Shown: positions 30,535 through 40,268 of the stretch, one piece after another
How the letters are laid out: every line of letters starts with the position of its first letter
How positions within the stretch are numbered: position 1 is the first letter of the stretch
Notes under the pieces: model-generated
Databases searched by the model: none
What the model was told of the DNA's origin: nothing
Seen by the model: the letters and a program-made list of their open reading frames with translations, nothing else
NCBI GenBank assembly: GCA_902542325.1
Contig: CACBUE010000002.1
Location: 57 to 64,056, forward strand
Reading direction: 5' to 3'
DNA: 64,000 nt
Origin: an uncultured SAR86 cluster bacterium
Lineage (GTDB): Bacteria; Pseudomonadota; Gammaproteobacteria; Magnimaribacterales; Magnimaribacteraceae
Program-made: the position numbers and the translations under genes

Positions 30535-31209
30535 GTGATCTCCAGCAACTTACACAAGATTAACCTAGATATTGAAGAAAATTGTAAGCTTTCTGGCAGA
30601 AAGACCGATGAAATAATCTTGATAGGTGCAAGTAAAGCACAGACGATAGATAGCATAAGAGAGGCTTATGAAAGTGGTTTAACGCATTTTGGTGAAAATT
30701 ATCTTCAAGAGGCTGAAGAGAAAATTGAAAATTTATCAAAAGATTTAGTCTGGCACTACATAGGATCTATTCAGTCAAGAAAAGCAAAAAGAATAGCTGA
30801 AATTTTTGACTGGGTACATACTGTAGACAGTGTAAAAGTGGCTATGAGACTTAATAATGCTCGACCTAAATCAAGAGGTTTTTTGAATGTGTGCCTCCAA
30901 CTAAATATAGACAATGAGGAAAGTAAGTCTGGTTTAGATTTAAAAGAAATTGATAGTTTTATCGAACAAACTAGAGGCTTAGAAAATTTAAAAATTAGAG
31001 GATTGATGGTAATACCCAGGCCAAGAGAAGCTCTAGTAGAGCAGAAAGAGATTTTCGGAATAGTGAAAAATATATTTTTAGCATTAAATGAAAAAGGAAA
31101 TAACTTTGATACCTTATCAATGGGTATGTCATCAGATTATGCTGCAGCTATTCAGGAAGGGGCTACAATGGTAAGAGTAGGTACAGGTATATTTGGTCCG
31201 AGAAAATGA
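30535..31209 (+). CDS. yggS: PLP homeostasis protein YggS
   Basis: GASK, FGENYLQE, WHYIGSIQ, LSMGMSSD, VRVGTGIFG. Confidence 0.94.
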   Translation: MISSNLHKINLDIEENCKLSGRKTDEIILIGASKAQTIDSIREAYESGLTHFGENYLQEAEEKIENLSKDLVWHYIGSIQSRKAKRIAEIFDWVHTVDSVKVAMRLNNARPKSRGFLNVCLQLNIDNEESKSGLDLKEIDSFIEQTRGLENLKIRGLMVIPRPREALVEQKEIFGIVKNIFLALNEKGNNFDTLSMGMSSDYAAAIQEGATMVRVGTGIFGPRK

Positions 31210-32024
31210 AAAATCTTAAAGAAACTATAGGGTTTATAGGTGCTGGCAATATGGCAACCGCACTTATATCAGGCTTAATCAATAGTGATCAAAATGCCTC
31301 TAAGATCATCGCCTCTTCCCCAGAGCAAGAACATCTAGAAAAGCTTTCTAAAGACTTTGGGATAAAAACTACAAGTAATAATCTCGAGGTAGTAGATATT
31401 GCCGATATAGTCATTCTCGCTGTGAAACCTAATATTATCCAAGCTGTAATCGCTGAAATAAAGGATGTAGCTATAGATAAAGATATTCTGATAATCTCTA
31501 TTGCAGCTGGAGTAAAGATTGAGAAGATAGAATCTCAATTAGGATCTTCCATGAGAGTGATAAGGGCTATGCCAAATACTCCTGCTAGTATTATGGAAGG
31601 TGTCACTGCAATTTGTCCTAACAGTAATGCACAATCAAATGATATTGAAAATGCCAAGCTTTTATTTGAATGCGTGGGGAAAGTTGCTCTTATCAATGAG
31701 AAAGATATAGATATATTTACAGCCCTTATTGGATCAGGTCCAGCATATGTGTTTTACCTAATTGAATCTTTGCTGGACTCTTCAAAAAACTTACATCTTT
31801 CAGAACAAGAAAAGAAAAATTTACTAGCATCAATGATTTCAGGTGCTGCAAATCTGGTTATTAATTCAGAAGATTCCCCTAATATTTTAAGAAAGAAAGT
31901 TACGTCACCTGGAGGAGTAACCCAAACAGCAATAGAAGAATTCGAGACGAAGGGGTTAAAGGAAATAATAAGCAAATCTATGATAGCTGCTGAAAAGAAA
32001 TCAATCGAATTGGGAGAAGATTAA
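31206..32024 (+). CDS. proC: Pyrroline-5-carboxylate reductase
   Basis: FIGAGNM, RAMPNTP, GSGPAY, VTSPGGVT. Confidence 0.96.
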   Translation: MKNLKETIGFIGAGNMATALISGLINSDQNASKIIASSPEQEHLEKLSKDFGIKTTSNNLEVVDIADIVILAVKPNIIQAVIAEIKDVAIDKDILIISIAAGVKIEKIESQLGSSMRVIRAMPNTPASIMEGVTAICPNSNAQSNDIENAKLLFECVGKVALINEKDIDIFTALIGSGPAYVFYLIESLLDSSKNLHLSEQEKKNLLASMISGAANLVINSEDSPNILRKKVTSPGGVTQTAIEEFETKGLKEIISKSMIAAEKKSIELGED

Positions 32025-32600
32025 TGTCAGAAGCAACCTTTTTCCTTTTCAAAGCTTTGATGGATGTTTTTACACTCGGTGTAGTTTTTAACTTTATGTT
32101 TCGTCTTCTTAAAGTTGATTACTATAATCCGTTAGTCCAAGGAATAATTAGGGCAGTAGACTTGCCAAGTCAATTTCTTAGATCAGCTATTAAGCCCTTC
32201 AGAAACATAGACTTCGCCTCATTTCTAGTAGCTGTTTTTTATTCAGGCAGGAGCCTTTTATTTAGCTGTCATGGCAGGATCGGTTGATTATGATCCTTTA
32301 AAGATATTAATGTGGTCTACCTACTCAGTTATTTTATTAATGCTTAAAATGGTTTGGTGGATTTTATTGGGAGGAATAATTTTAAGTTTTGTAGCTGGGA
32401 ATAATTTTCATCCAGCCATAGTTCTAATTAGGCAAATGTCGGATAAGTTTTTCAGTCCATTTAGAATATTCTTACCTCCTATGGGAGGACTAGACTTTTC
32501 TCCTATATTCGCTTTCATCTTATTAAACTTCTTGCAATCAATATTTGTACAGTTTGCTATTGAATCTGGATTACCAGTTTGGCTGTCAGTTGGTTTCTAG
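32024..32600 (+). pseudogene. yggT: YggT family membrane protein split by a +1 frameshift (probable sequencing error)
   Basis: Two ORFs (32024-32287 and 32271-32600) carry DYYNPLVQ and PPMGGLDFSP. Removing one T from the T6 run at 32235-32240 fuses them. Conserved position after proC. Confidence 0.8.
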
Positions 32601-32612
32601 AGATAGATTCAA

Positions 32613-32618
32613 TATAAT
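32613..32618 (+). promoter_or_regulatory. -10 box TATAAT of the metX leader promoter
   Basis: Perfect -10 hexamer 7-8 nt upstream of the riboswitch-like element. Confidence 0.55.
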
Positions 32619-32625
32619 AGCGCTT

Positions 32626-32676
32626 TCGCCGATTTGACACAGCTTGCGGGCGTTTAATTGAAATACAGCTAATGCA
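32626..32676 (+). ncRNA. SAM-II (SAM_alpha)-like riboswitch aptamer
   Basis: CGCC-GATTTG-ACACAGC-TTGC-G-GGCG...AAATACA-GCTAA matches the SAM-II layout (P1 CGCC/GGCG, GAUUU, UUGC pairing with GCUAA). It lies upstream of metX-metW. Confidence 0.8.
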
Positions 32677-32683
32677 TTAAATT

Positions 32684-32716
32684 AAACCTGTTGTGCTGAA
32701 GCAAACAGGTTTTTTT
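32684..32716 (+). terminator. Intrinsic terminator-like hairpin (riboswitch expression platform)
   Basis: AAACCTGTT-G-TGCT-GA-AGCA-AACAGGTTT, with a T run ending at 32716 immediately before the metX ATG. Confidence 0.65.
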
Positions 32717-33826
32717 ATGAGTGATTCGATAGGAAAAGTACAGGCACAAAAAGTTACTCTAGAGGGTAAATTTGAGCTTGAGTGCGGGCAAAGTTTTAAT
32801 GACATTGAACTAGTCTATGAAACTTATGGTGCACTTAATGCGGATGCTACGAATGCAATACTTATCTGCCATGCGTTGAGTGGTAATCATCATGCTGCTG
32901 GAAAATATGAAAACGAAGAGAAACCAGGCTGGTGGGATTCGCTTATTGGCCCAGGTAAAGCGGTTGATACAAACAAATTTTTTGTAGTTTGCCCGAATAA
33001 TATAGGTGGTTGTCACGGCTCACTAGGACCAAGTTCAATTAACCATGATACTGGAGATTATTATGGACCTGACTTTCCAATTATTACAGTAAGAGATTGG
33101 GTAAATTCACAGGCCAAACTTTCTGATTCATTGGGCATTGAAAAATGGCATGCTGTCATGGGAGGAAGTCTAGGTGGAATGCAAGCTCTAGAATGGTCCT
33201 ATCTTTTCCCGAAAAGAATAAAAAAAGCAGGAATTATTGCTGCAGCATCAAAGTTAAGTGCACAAAATATAGCTTTCAATGAAGTTGCAAGACAAGCCAT
33301 ATTAAATGATCCAGATTTTGAAGGAGGTAGATATCTAGATAAAAGTAAGTACCCAAAACAAGGCCTCAAATTAGCAAGAATGGTAGGGCACATTACGTAT
33401 CTCTCTGAAGAAGCAATGAGGAGCAAATTTGGAAGAGAACTGAAAAAGGAAAAATTAAATTTTGGTTATGATGCGGAGTTCGAAATAGAAAGTTATCTGA
33501 GGTATCAAGGTGATGTTTTTTCAGAAAGTTTTGATGCAAATACTTATCTTCTAATGACAAAGATTCTAGACTACTTCGATCCAGCAAGTAATTTTGAAGG
33601 CAAATTGGTAAATGCCTTTGAGTCCATTGAAGCACAGTTATTAGTAGTATCTTTTTCAACTGATTGGAGGTTTGCTCCTGAAAGATCAAAGGAAATTGTA
33701 AATGCCCTTATCGAAGCCAAAAAAAATGTGAGTTACTTAGAAATTGATAGTCCTCACGGACACGACTCGTTTTTGTTTGCAAATGAAGATTATGTAAAGG
33801 GTTTATCGGCTTTTCTTGAAAATTAA
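32717..33826 (+). CDS. metX: Homoserine O-acyltransferase MetX
   Basis: [17 protein letters not shown] nucleophile elbow, HGHDSFL. ATG 32717 preferred over GTG 32693, which lies inside the hairpin. Confidence 0.94.
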   Translation: MSDSIGKVQAQKVTLEGKFELECGQSFNDIELVYETYGALNADATNAILICHALSGNHHAAGKYENEEKPGWWDSLIGPGKAVDTNKFFVVCPNNIGGCHGSLGPSSINHDTGDYYGPDFPIITVRDWVNSQAKLSDSLGIEKWHAVMGGSLGGMQALEWSYLFPKRIKKAGIIAAASKLSAQNIAFNEVARQAILNDPDFEGGRYLDKSKYPKQGLKLARMVGHITYLSEEAMRSKFGRELKKEKLNFGYDAEFEIESYLRYQGDVFSESFDANTYLLMTKILDYFDPASNFEGKLVNAFESIEAQLLVVSFSTDWRFAPERSKEIVNALIEAKKNVSYLEIDSPHGHDSFLFANEDYVKGLSAFLEN

Positions 33827-34414
33827 ATGAATACAATTGAAGTTATAAAAAATTGGATAGATAAAGAGTCTGAAGTTCTAGATCTAGGGTGTGGAGATGG
33901 TGAAATATTGAATATTTTATCCAAGGAATTGGGGTCTACGGTACTAGGAGTAGAAATAAATCAAGATGATATTAATAAATGCATCCAGTCTGGTCTAAAT
34001 GTTATTCATCAAAATATTGACGAGGGTTTAGAGAATTTTAGTGACAATAGTTTTGATATAGTGATTATGAGCCAAACTATTCAAGTCTTAAAGGAACCCA
34101 AGAAAGCCCTTCAAGAAGTAACAAGAATTGGAAATGAGAGCATTGTTACAATTCCTAATTTTGGTTATTGGACCACAAGAATTAATCTCTTACTATCAGG
34201 AAAGATGCCTGTGACAGGAACATTGCCAAGTTCCTGGCATGATACCGATAATATTCATTTATGTACCATTAAGGATTTTGAGAATCTCTGTAGTGAATGC
34301 GAAATCGATGTAATAGAAAAATGCTTCTTTAATAAATTTGGGAAAGAAAGTGTATTAGCTAAAGTGGCACCAAATTTATTTGCGACCACTGCCATGTATA
34401 AGATCTCTAAATGA
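33827..34414 (+). CDS. metW: Methionine biosynthesis protein MetW
   Basis: LDLGCGDG, IPNFGYW, GKMPV, NIHLCTIKDFE; follows metX. Confidence 0.92.
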   Translation: MNTIEVIKNWIDKESEVLDLGCGDGEILNILSKELGSTVLGVEINQDDINKCIQSGLNVIHQNIDEGLENFSDNSFDIVIMSQTIQVLKEPKKALQEVTRIGNESIVTIPNFGYWTTRINLLLSGKMPVTGTLPSSWHDTDNIHLCTIKDFENLCSECEIDVIEKCFFNKFGKESVLAKVAPNLFATTAMYKISK

Positions 34415-35007
34415 AAATAGCTATTGCTACGAAAAATAATGGCAAACTTAAAGAGTTCGAGGAATTGGCAAGGGGCACACCATATGAATTCATTAAAATT
34501 CCTGAAAACATAAAAGATCTACCATCGGAAACAGGTAGTACCTTCTATGAAAATGCTCTAATAAAAGCTGAGTTCATTTCAAAACAATTAGGCATACCTG
34601 CTATAGGTGATGATTCTGGACTAGAAGTTGATGCATTAGATGGCAGCCCTGGAATATTCTCTGCGAGATATTCTAATACGGGCTTAGATAATGATAATTG
34701 CTTAAAATTAATTGAAAATTTAGATGGGCTTGAGGACGACAAAAGAAGTGCAAGATTTAGGTGTTGTCTGGTTGGATATTTTGATGGAAAGATAATTCAA
34801 AGCAATGGAACCCTTGAAGGTTGTATTGCCAGAGAATTCAAAGGAACGAATGGCTTTGGCTATGATCCAATTTTTATTACAAAGAACGGGAAGCATCTGG
34901 CAGAACTTGAGAAAGATGAAAAGAATATGATATCTCATAGATCTGAAGCTTTTAAAAAACTATTAAACAAAGTTTCTGAATTAATTAACAAGTCTTTTGA
35001 AGAATAA
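34411..35007 (+). CDS. rdgB: dITP/XTP pyrophosphatase
   Basis: ATKNNGKLKE, DDSGLEVDAL, GFGYDPIF, SHR. Confidence 0.95.
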   Translation: MKIAIATKNNGKLKEFEELARGTPYEFIKIPENIKDLPSETGSTFYENALIKAEFISKQLGIPAIGDDSGLEVDALDGSPGIFSARYSNTGLDNDNCLKLIENLDGLEDDKRSARFRCCLVGYFDGKIIQSNGTLEGCIAREFKGTNGFGYDPIFITKNGKHLAELEKDEKNMISHRSEAFKKLLNKVSELINKSFEE

Positions 35008-35650
35008 GCTCATTTAATTTTCTTTTTGCTTGTAAGGCCTTCATCTCAAAGGATGTTTTAGGTAAATTTACCAAATATTCCTTAAGATTCTCTTTCTGCA
35101 AAACTCTCCAATTTATATCATTATTAACCAGCTTCTTTGTTTCATCGAAGTAATGAACCCAGTCTGTTTTGAAGTAGAAGATACCGTTTTGTTTCAGTTT
35201 TTTATTAACTAAGTCAATAAAGTCTTTTTGTAACAATCTTCTTTTATGATGCTTTCTCTTTGGCCACGGATCAGGATAAAACATTAAGATTAGATCAAAG
35301 CAGTTGTCTGATACTTTATCTTCCAAAAAAGGAACAATATCTGAGTTTAATATTTTAATATTATTTAGTGACTCTTCATTTGCCTTACTTAAAAGAGATC
35401 CTATTCCAGACAGATAAACCTCAGCTCCTAAAATTAACATCTCGGGGTTTGTCTTAGCTAAATATGCAGTAGTTTCTCCTGACCCAAAACCTATGTCTAA
35501 AATTGAAGGGTCTTGGTTCCAGATATTACTAAGTTTTTCTTCATTATCTAGAATGTACTTGTCCCAATGCTCCGAGAGTGCCCTTGACTGATTAGAGGTT
35601 AACCTCCCTCTCCTCAAGACAAAACTCTTGAGTCTATCTTTTAAAGGCAA
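34985..35650 (-). CDS. trmB: tRNA (guanine-N7)-methyltransferase
   Basis: SFVLRRGRLT, DIGFGSG, YPDPWPKRKHHKRRL, KTDW, TSFE. Confidence 0.94.
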   Translation of the reverse strand: MPLKDRLKSFVLRRGRLTSNQSRALSEHWDKYILDNEEKLSNIWNQDPSILDIGFGSGETTAYLAKTNPEMLILGAEVYLSGIGSLLSKANEESLNNIKILNSDIVPFLEDKVSDNCFDLILMFYPDPWPKRKHHKRRLLQKDFIDLVNKKLKQNGIFYFKTDWVHYFDETKKLVNNDINWRVLQKENLKEYLVNLPKTSFEMKALQAKRKLNELILQKTC

Positions 35651-35651
35651 C

Positions 35652-36545
35652 TTATTCTCCTGCAGAGAAAGACTGCTTCACTTTTTTCATTGCGTTTTTT
35701 TCTATTTGGCGAACACGCTCAGCAGAAATGTCATATTTTTCAGCCAACTCATGAAGTGTAAGTTTTTCATCTGCTAACCATCGATCTTGAAGTATATCTC
35801 TGCTTCTATCATCAAGCTGATTTATTGCTTCGTATAACTGACTAGTATTCGTTTCATCCAAGCTATCTTTTGCAAATATGTCTGCAGGATTGGCATCTTC
35901 ATCTTCCAAATATTGAGATGGGGAATAAGAGGCTTCATCATCGTCCGAATCTGCAAGAGGATCAAAAGGCATGTCAGTACCACTTAATCTTTTTTCCATC
36001 TCTCTTACTTCTGAAGGTTTTACCCCTAAATCTTTAGCCATGGACTCTACTTCTTCTTCTGTTAACCATCCAAGACCCTTCTTTTTACTTCTCAAATTAA
36101 AGAATAACTTTCTCTGTGGTTTAGTTGTGGCTATTTTGACTATTTTCCAGTTCTTCAGGACATACTCATGGATTTCAGCTTTAACCCAATGCACCGCGAA
36201 AGATACCAATCTAACCCCCATTTCAGGATTAAATTTTCTTATTGCTTTCATGAGACCTACATTTCCTTCTTGAATAAGGTCTGCTTCAGGCAGGCCATAT
36301 CCTGAATATGTCTTTGCAACGTATATTACAAACCTTAAGTGTGCTAAAACTAGCTTTCTAGCAGCATCAAGGTCATTTCTATAATATAAATCTTCTGCAA
36401 GTTTTTTTTCTTCTTCAGAGGTTAAAACACCAATGCTATGCACTGAATTTATATAAGCTTGAAGGTCACCACCAGGTGCTAGAGCCTCCATTTCCTGAAG
36501 AGCTGTGCCTGCAGAATTTTCACTCTTAAGCTCTTTTTTAGGCAT
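35652..36545 (-). CDS. rpoH: RNA polymerase sigma factor RpoH (sigma32)
   Basis: [13 protein letters not shown], RpoH box [18 protein letters not shown]. Confidence 0.96.
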   Translation of the reverse strand: MPKKELKSENSAGTALQEMEALAPGGDLQAYINSVHSIGVLTSEEEKKLAEDLYYRNDLDAARKLVLAHLRFVIYVAKTYSGYGLPEADLIQEGNVGLMKAIRKFNPEMGVRLVSFAVHWVKAEIHEYVLKNWKIVKIATTKPQRKLFFNLRSKKKGLGWLTEEEVESMAKDLGVKPSEVREMEKRLSGTDMPFDPLADSDDDEASYSPSQYLEDEDANPADIFAKDSLDETNTSQLYEAINQLDDRSRDILQDRWLADEKLTLHELAEKYDISAERVRQIEKNAMKKVKQSFSAGE

Positions 36546-36639
36546 AATCTAAGTGAATTTTACAATTTAAGTGATTAAAGGTGCAAATTTTGATTTTTAA
36601 ACTCAATTGAGATGACTAGAGGATGATATTTATAAAATT

Positions 36640-37602
36640 ATGAAAGCTATAGAAATTATAGAGAAGAAACTAGAAATTAAAGATATTGAATTACCAGTAT
36701 TAAAAGATAATGAAGTACTGATCAAGGTCAAAGCAGCTGGTTTGAACCGTGCTGATATTGCACAAAAGAATGGCTTATACCCTCCTCCTGCTGGTGAAAG
36801 TGAAATTTTAGGACTGGAATGTAGCGGAATAATTGAGAGTATTGGCAAAAATGTAAGCGCAAAGAAACCTGGAGATGAAGTAATCGCACTTTTGGCCGGT
36901 GGGGGATATGCAGAATATGTAACTTGCCCTGAACACCACGCAATTTTAAAGCCACCAAAACTAAGCTGGGCTGAAGGTGCGTCAATTCCAGAAGTATATG
37001 CTACATGTTGGTTGAATCTCTTCATAGAGGCTCATATGAAAGAAGGAGATAAAATTGTCTTTCACGCAGGAGCAAGTGGTATTGGAACAGCCGGGATACA
37101 GTTAGCCCAGGCTTTTGGTTGCGATAGTTTTGTAAGTGCAGGAACCCAAGAAAAGATTGATTTCTGTCTAAACTTAGGGGCTTCAGCAGGAGAAATTAGA
37201 TCAAAAGATATATTTTCAAAGATTAAAGAATGGTCTCCAAATGGAGTAGATATCATCTTAGATCCTGTAGGTGCAGAGTATTTTGAGAAAAACTTAAGTG
37301 TCCTTGGATTAGAAGGCAAGTTAATTATTATTGGTTTAATGGGCGGTGCCAAAGCAAATATAAATCTTGGGCATTTAATGATAAAAAGACATAAGATAAT
37401 AGGATCAACCATTAGGGCTAGAAACTTGGAGACAAAGACTAGAGTTATGGATGATCTCTCTAGCAAAGTAATGCCACTATTTGATTCAGGTACTCTTAAA
37501 CCTATTATCTATCAGGTCCTGTCCTTCGAAGATTGCGAAAAAGCTCATTCAATAATGGAATCAGATGAAAATATTGGAAAAATTATTCTTAATTTAGATT
37601 AA
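36640..37602 (+). CDS. NAD(P)H-quinone oxidoreductase (PIG3-like, MDR family)
   Basis: GLNRADIAQ..G.YPPP, ILGLECSG, HAGASGIG, NIGKI. Confidence 0.9.
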   Translation: MKAIEIIEKKLEIKDIELPVLKDNEVLIKVKAAGLNRADIAQKNGLYPPPAGESEILGLECSGIIESIGKNVSAKKPGDEVIALLAGGGYAEYVTCPEHHAILKPPKLSWAEGASIPEVYATCWLNLFIEAHMKEGDKIVFHAGASGIGTAGIQLAQAFGCDSFVSAGTQEKIDFCLNLGASAGEIRSKDIFSKIKEWSPNGVDIILDPVGAEYFEKNLSVLGLEGKLIIIGLMGGAKANINLGHLMIKRHKIIGSTIRARNLETKTRVMDDLSSKVMPLFDSGTLKPIIYQVLSFEDCEKAHSIMESDENIGKIILNLD

Positions 37603-38403
37603 CTTTTCGAAAATGTCTTGCCAGGGATATGACGGATCACCTGAGCAATAAAATAAAGGATTTTTTTTCTCTGAAATAAAATCATAAGTCAAAGCTTGAC
37701 CATTCAAACTGGATATAAGGCCACCGGATGCTTCTACTACTGCCTGTCCGGCAGCGATATCCCATTGATAGGTTGGACCTAACCTGCTGTAAATATTTGC
37801 CTTGCCTTCTGCGACACGACACAACTTTAAAGAACTTCCAGTTGGTAGTTCTTCAACCTCAGTAAATGTTTTTTCACAGAGATTAATAAACGCCTGATCT
37901 TTTTCACTCTTATGGCTTTTGCTCACCGTCACAAGACAGAATTCTTGACTCTGTTTTTGAGAAGTTATTTCAATCTTTTCTTTGCCTTGTATCTTGAAAG
38001 CTCTTCCCGCGAAACCTATAAAGGTTTCTTGAACTGCTGGTGCAGATACTACACCGAGAATTGGCGTACTGTCTTCAATAAGTGCAACATTTACTGTAAA
38101 TTCTCCATTCTTATTAATGAATTCTTTCGTCCCGTCTAAGGGATCAATTAACCAAAACAAATCTTCTCTATTTTCTTCAGTGTCGCCCTCTTCAGACAAT
38201 ATAGGGATATTGGCGTCTATAGATTTAAGGGAATTCAAGAGGATTTCGTGACATTTCTTATCGGCTATCGTTAGAGGAGATCCGTCATGTTTATCCTCTA
38301 CTTCAAAATCACCAGAATTATATATTTCCATAACAATATCCGAAGCCTGTTCTACAGCCTCAAGAACTAAATTTGATATTTCTGTTAATTTTGAAACTTC
38401 CAT
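37594..38403 (-). CDS. cysQ: 3'(2'),5'-bisphosphate nucleotidase CysQ
   Basis: SPLTIAD, LSEE, WLIDPLDGTKEFI, GSSLK, WDIAAG. Confidence 0.93.
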   Translation of the reverse strand: MEVSKLTEISNLVLEAVEQASDIVMEIYNSGDFEVEDKHDGSPLTIADKKCHEILLNSLKSIDANIPILSEEGDTEENREDLFWLIDPLDGTKEFINKNGEFTVNVALIEDSTPILGVVSAPAVQETFIGFAGRAFKIQGKEKIEITSQKQSQEFCLVTVSKSHKSEKDQAFINLCEKTFTEVEELPTGSSLKLCRVAEGKANIYSRLGPTYQWDIAAGQAVVEASGGLISSLNGQALTYDFISEKKNPLFYCSGDPSYPWQDIFEKLI

Positions 38404-38462
38404 TTCTTGAATCTCTCTTTTCTTCTACAATATATCATCCGAAAGACATTTAAAAAATTAAT

Positions 38463-38630
38463 ATGGAAAACAAAACTAAGTTGATAGAGAGTGCTCAAGA
38501 GCTAAAAAAAGGTCTAGACCTGCTTAGCAGGGAAAGAAAAGTTGTGATGCCTCATAACAAAGCGTTTGATCATGTCGATCAATTAAAAGTAAAAGTTGAT
38601 GAAATCATTAATTTAGCTGAAACTGTCTAG
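38463..38630 (+). CDS. Small hypothetical protein (55 aa, helical), below the ORF-track cutoff
   Basis: MENKTKLIESAQELKKGLDLLSRERKVVMPHNKAFDHVDQLKVKVDEIINLAETV fills the gap before the next gene. Confidence 0.6.
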   Translation: MENKTKLIESAQELKKGLDLLSRERKVVMPHNKAFDHVDQLKVKVDEIINLAETV

Positions 38631-38646
38631 AAATACGGAGATAAAA

Positions 38647-39498
38647 ATGGAATACACTTGCTTTGATTTAGAAATTACAAACAAAATAGCTCACATCAAA
38701 ATGTCTAGACCAGATGAATTCAATACCATGAATAAAGCTTTTTGGTCCGAGCTTCCCCACTTGGTTGAAAGTATCTCAGATGATGCATCTGCGAGGGTCA
38801 TAGTATTGTCAGGAGAAGGTAAACACTTTTGTGCAGGAATGGATTTAGCTAATTTCTCTCCTTCAGATAAACAACCTAATGCTCATATGGGTATGAGAAA
38901 AGAATCTGGATATCGGGTGACACTAGATCTACAACATACAATTACTTGCTTAGAGAAAGCCAGAATACCTGTGATTGCGGCTGTACAAGGCGCTTGTGTA
39001 GGTGGTGGTGTAGACCTTGCTACAGCTACAGATATGAGATATTGCACATCAGATGCTTTCTTCTGTATTCAAGAAATAAATATAGGTATGGCTGCTGATG
39101 TAGGCACCTTACAAAGAATTCCCAGACTAATACCTGAAGGTGTAGTAAGAGAATTGGCTTATACAGGTAGAAGATTCCTACCAGAAGAAGCAATGAAGCA
39201 TGGTCTTGTAAATGAAGTATTTAAAACTAAAGAAGAAATGATGGAAAAAGTCATGGAAGTAGCCGCTAACATTGCCTCAAAAGGCCCTCTTGCTATCGCA
39301 GGAACAAAAGAATCACTAAATTATGGAAGAGATCATACTGTGGAAGAATCATTGAATCATATAGCTTTGTGGAATACTGCAGTTGGAATTAGCGATGAAA
39401 TGTCCGTAGCATTTAAAGCCAAGGCAGAAAATACTGAACCAGAGTTTGAAGATATGCTTCCGAGAAGAAAATACTTAGACGGAGAGGTGGGCGTTTAG
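38647..39498 (+). CDS. Enoyl-CoA hydratase/isomerase (dienoyl-CoA isomerase-like)
   Basis: FCAGMDL, GACVGGGVDL, EINIGMAADVGTLQR. Confidence 0.9.
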   Translation: MEYTCFDLEITNKIAHIKMSRPDEFNTMNKAFWSELPHLVESISDDASARVIVLSGEGKHFCAGMDLANFSPSDKQPNAHMGMRKESGYRVTLDLQHTITCLEKARIPVIAAVQGACVGGGVDLATATDMRYCTSDAFFCIQEINIGMAADVGTLQRIPRLIPEGVVRELAYTGRRFLPEEAMKHGLVNEVFKTKEEMMEKVMEVAANIASKGPLAIAGTKESLNYGRDHTVEESLNHIALWNTAVGISDEMSVAFKAKAENTEPEFEDMLPRRKYLDGEVGV

Positions 39499-40268
39499 CC
39501 TTTTCTTAGAAAGACAGGCGAGTTTTCCTTAGAATCCTTCTTACTAAAGCGATAACCATCAAGATTGAAGTTTTGAAGCTCATCAGCTTTTTTAATCTTG
39601 TTTTGAATAATAAATCTTGCCATTGTTCCCCTGGCCTTCTTGGCAAAGAAACTTATGATTTTATATCCGCCATTTTTATAATCTTTAAAAACAGGATTGA
39701 TAACTGGTAAATTTATCTCTTTATTTTTAAGAACTGAAAAATATTCTACAGAAGCTAAATTTACAATTGCTTTTGATTTATTTTCTTTAGAAATTTGATT
39801 AATTGAGTTATTTATCTTAGATCCCCAAAATTCATATAGATTATTACCACGTTGAGTTTTAAATTTAGTCCCCATCTCTAATCTGTAGGGATACATAAGA
39901 TCCAATGGTTTTAGCAATCCATAAAGCCCCGATAATATGCACAGATTTTTTTGTGCATAATTAATTTCTGACTTAGAAAGAGAAGGTGCGTCTAAGCCTT
40001 GATAAACGTCTCCTTTGAAGGCGAAGATAGATTGCCTGGCAGTGCCATTTGGTTTGATAGGCTTGGTCCAATTCATATTTCTTTCAAAATTTAGAACGGA
40101 TAATTTTTCACTTAAGCCCATTAACGAAGAAAGGTCATCTGGGCTTTTTTTCTGTAATTCTTTTATGAGAATCTCACTATCAGAAAGATGAGAGGCAATA
40201 GAGAAATCATCAATTTTTAACTTTGACTCGTAATCTAGAGTCTTGGCAGGAGATACTAGTATCAGCAT
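39495..40268 (-). CDS. yaaA: Peroxide stress protein YaaA (UPF0246)
   Basis: SPAKTL, FKGDVYQGL, LSGLYGLLKPLD, YRLEMG, AKKARG. Confidence 0.94.
   Translation of the reverse strand: MLILVSPAKTLDYESKLKIDDFSIASHLSDSEILIKELQKKSPDDLSSLMGLSEKLSVLNFERNMNWTKPIKPNGTARQSIFAFKGDVYQGLDAPSLSKSEINYAQKNLCILSGLYGLLKPLDLMYPYRLEMGTKFKTQRGNNLYEFWGSKINNSINQISKENKSKAIVNLASVEYFSVLKNKEINLPVINPVFKDYKNGGYKIISFFAKKARGTMARFIIQNKIKKADELQNFNLDGYRFSKKDSKENSPVFLRKG

Noticed and set aside
32693-32716. N-terminal extension of MetX from GTG 32693
   Set aside because: It falls inside the terminator-like hairpin; ATG 32717 gives a typical MetX N-terminus.
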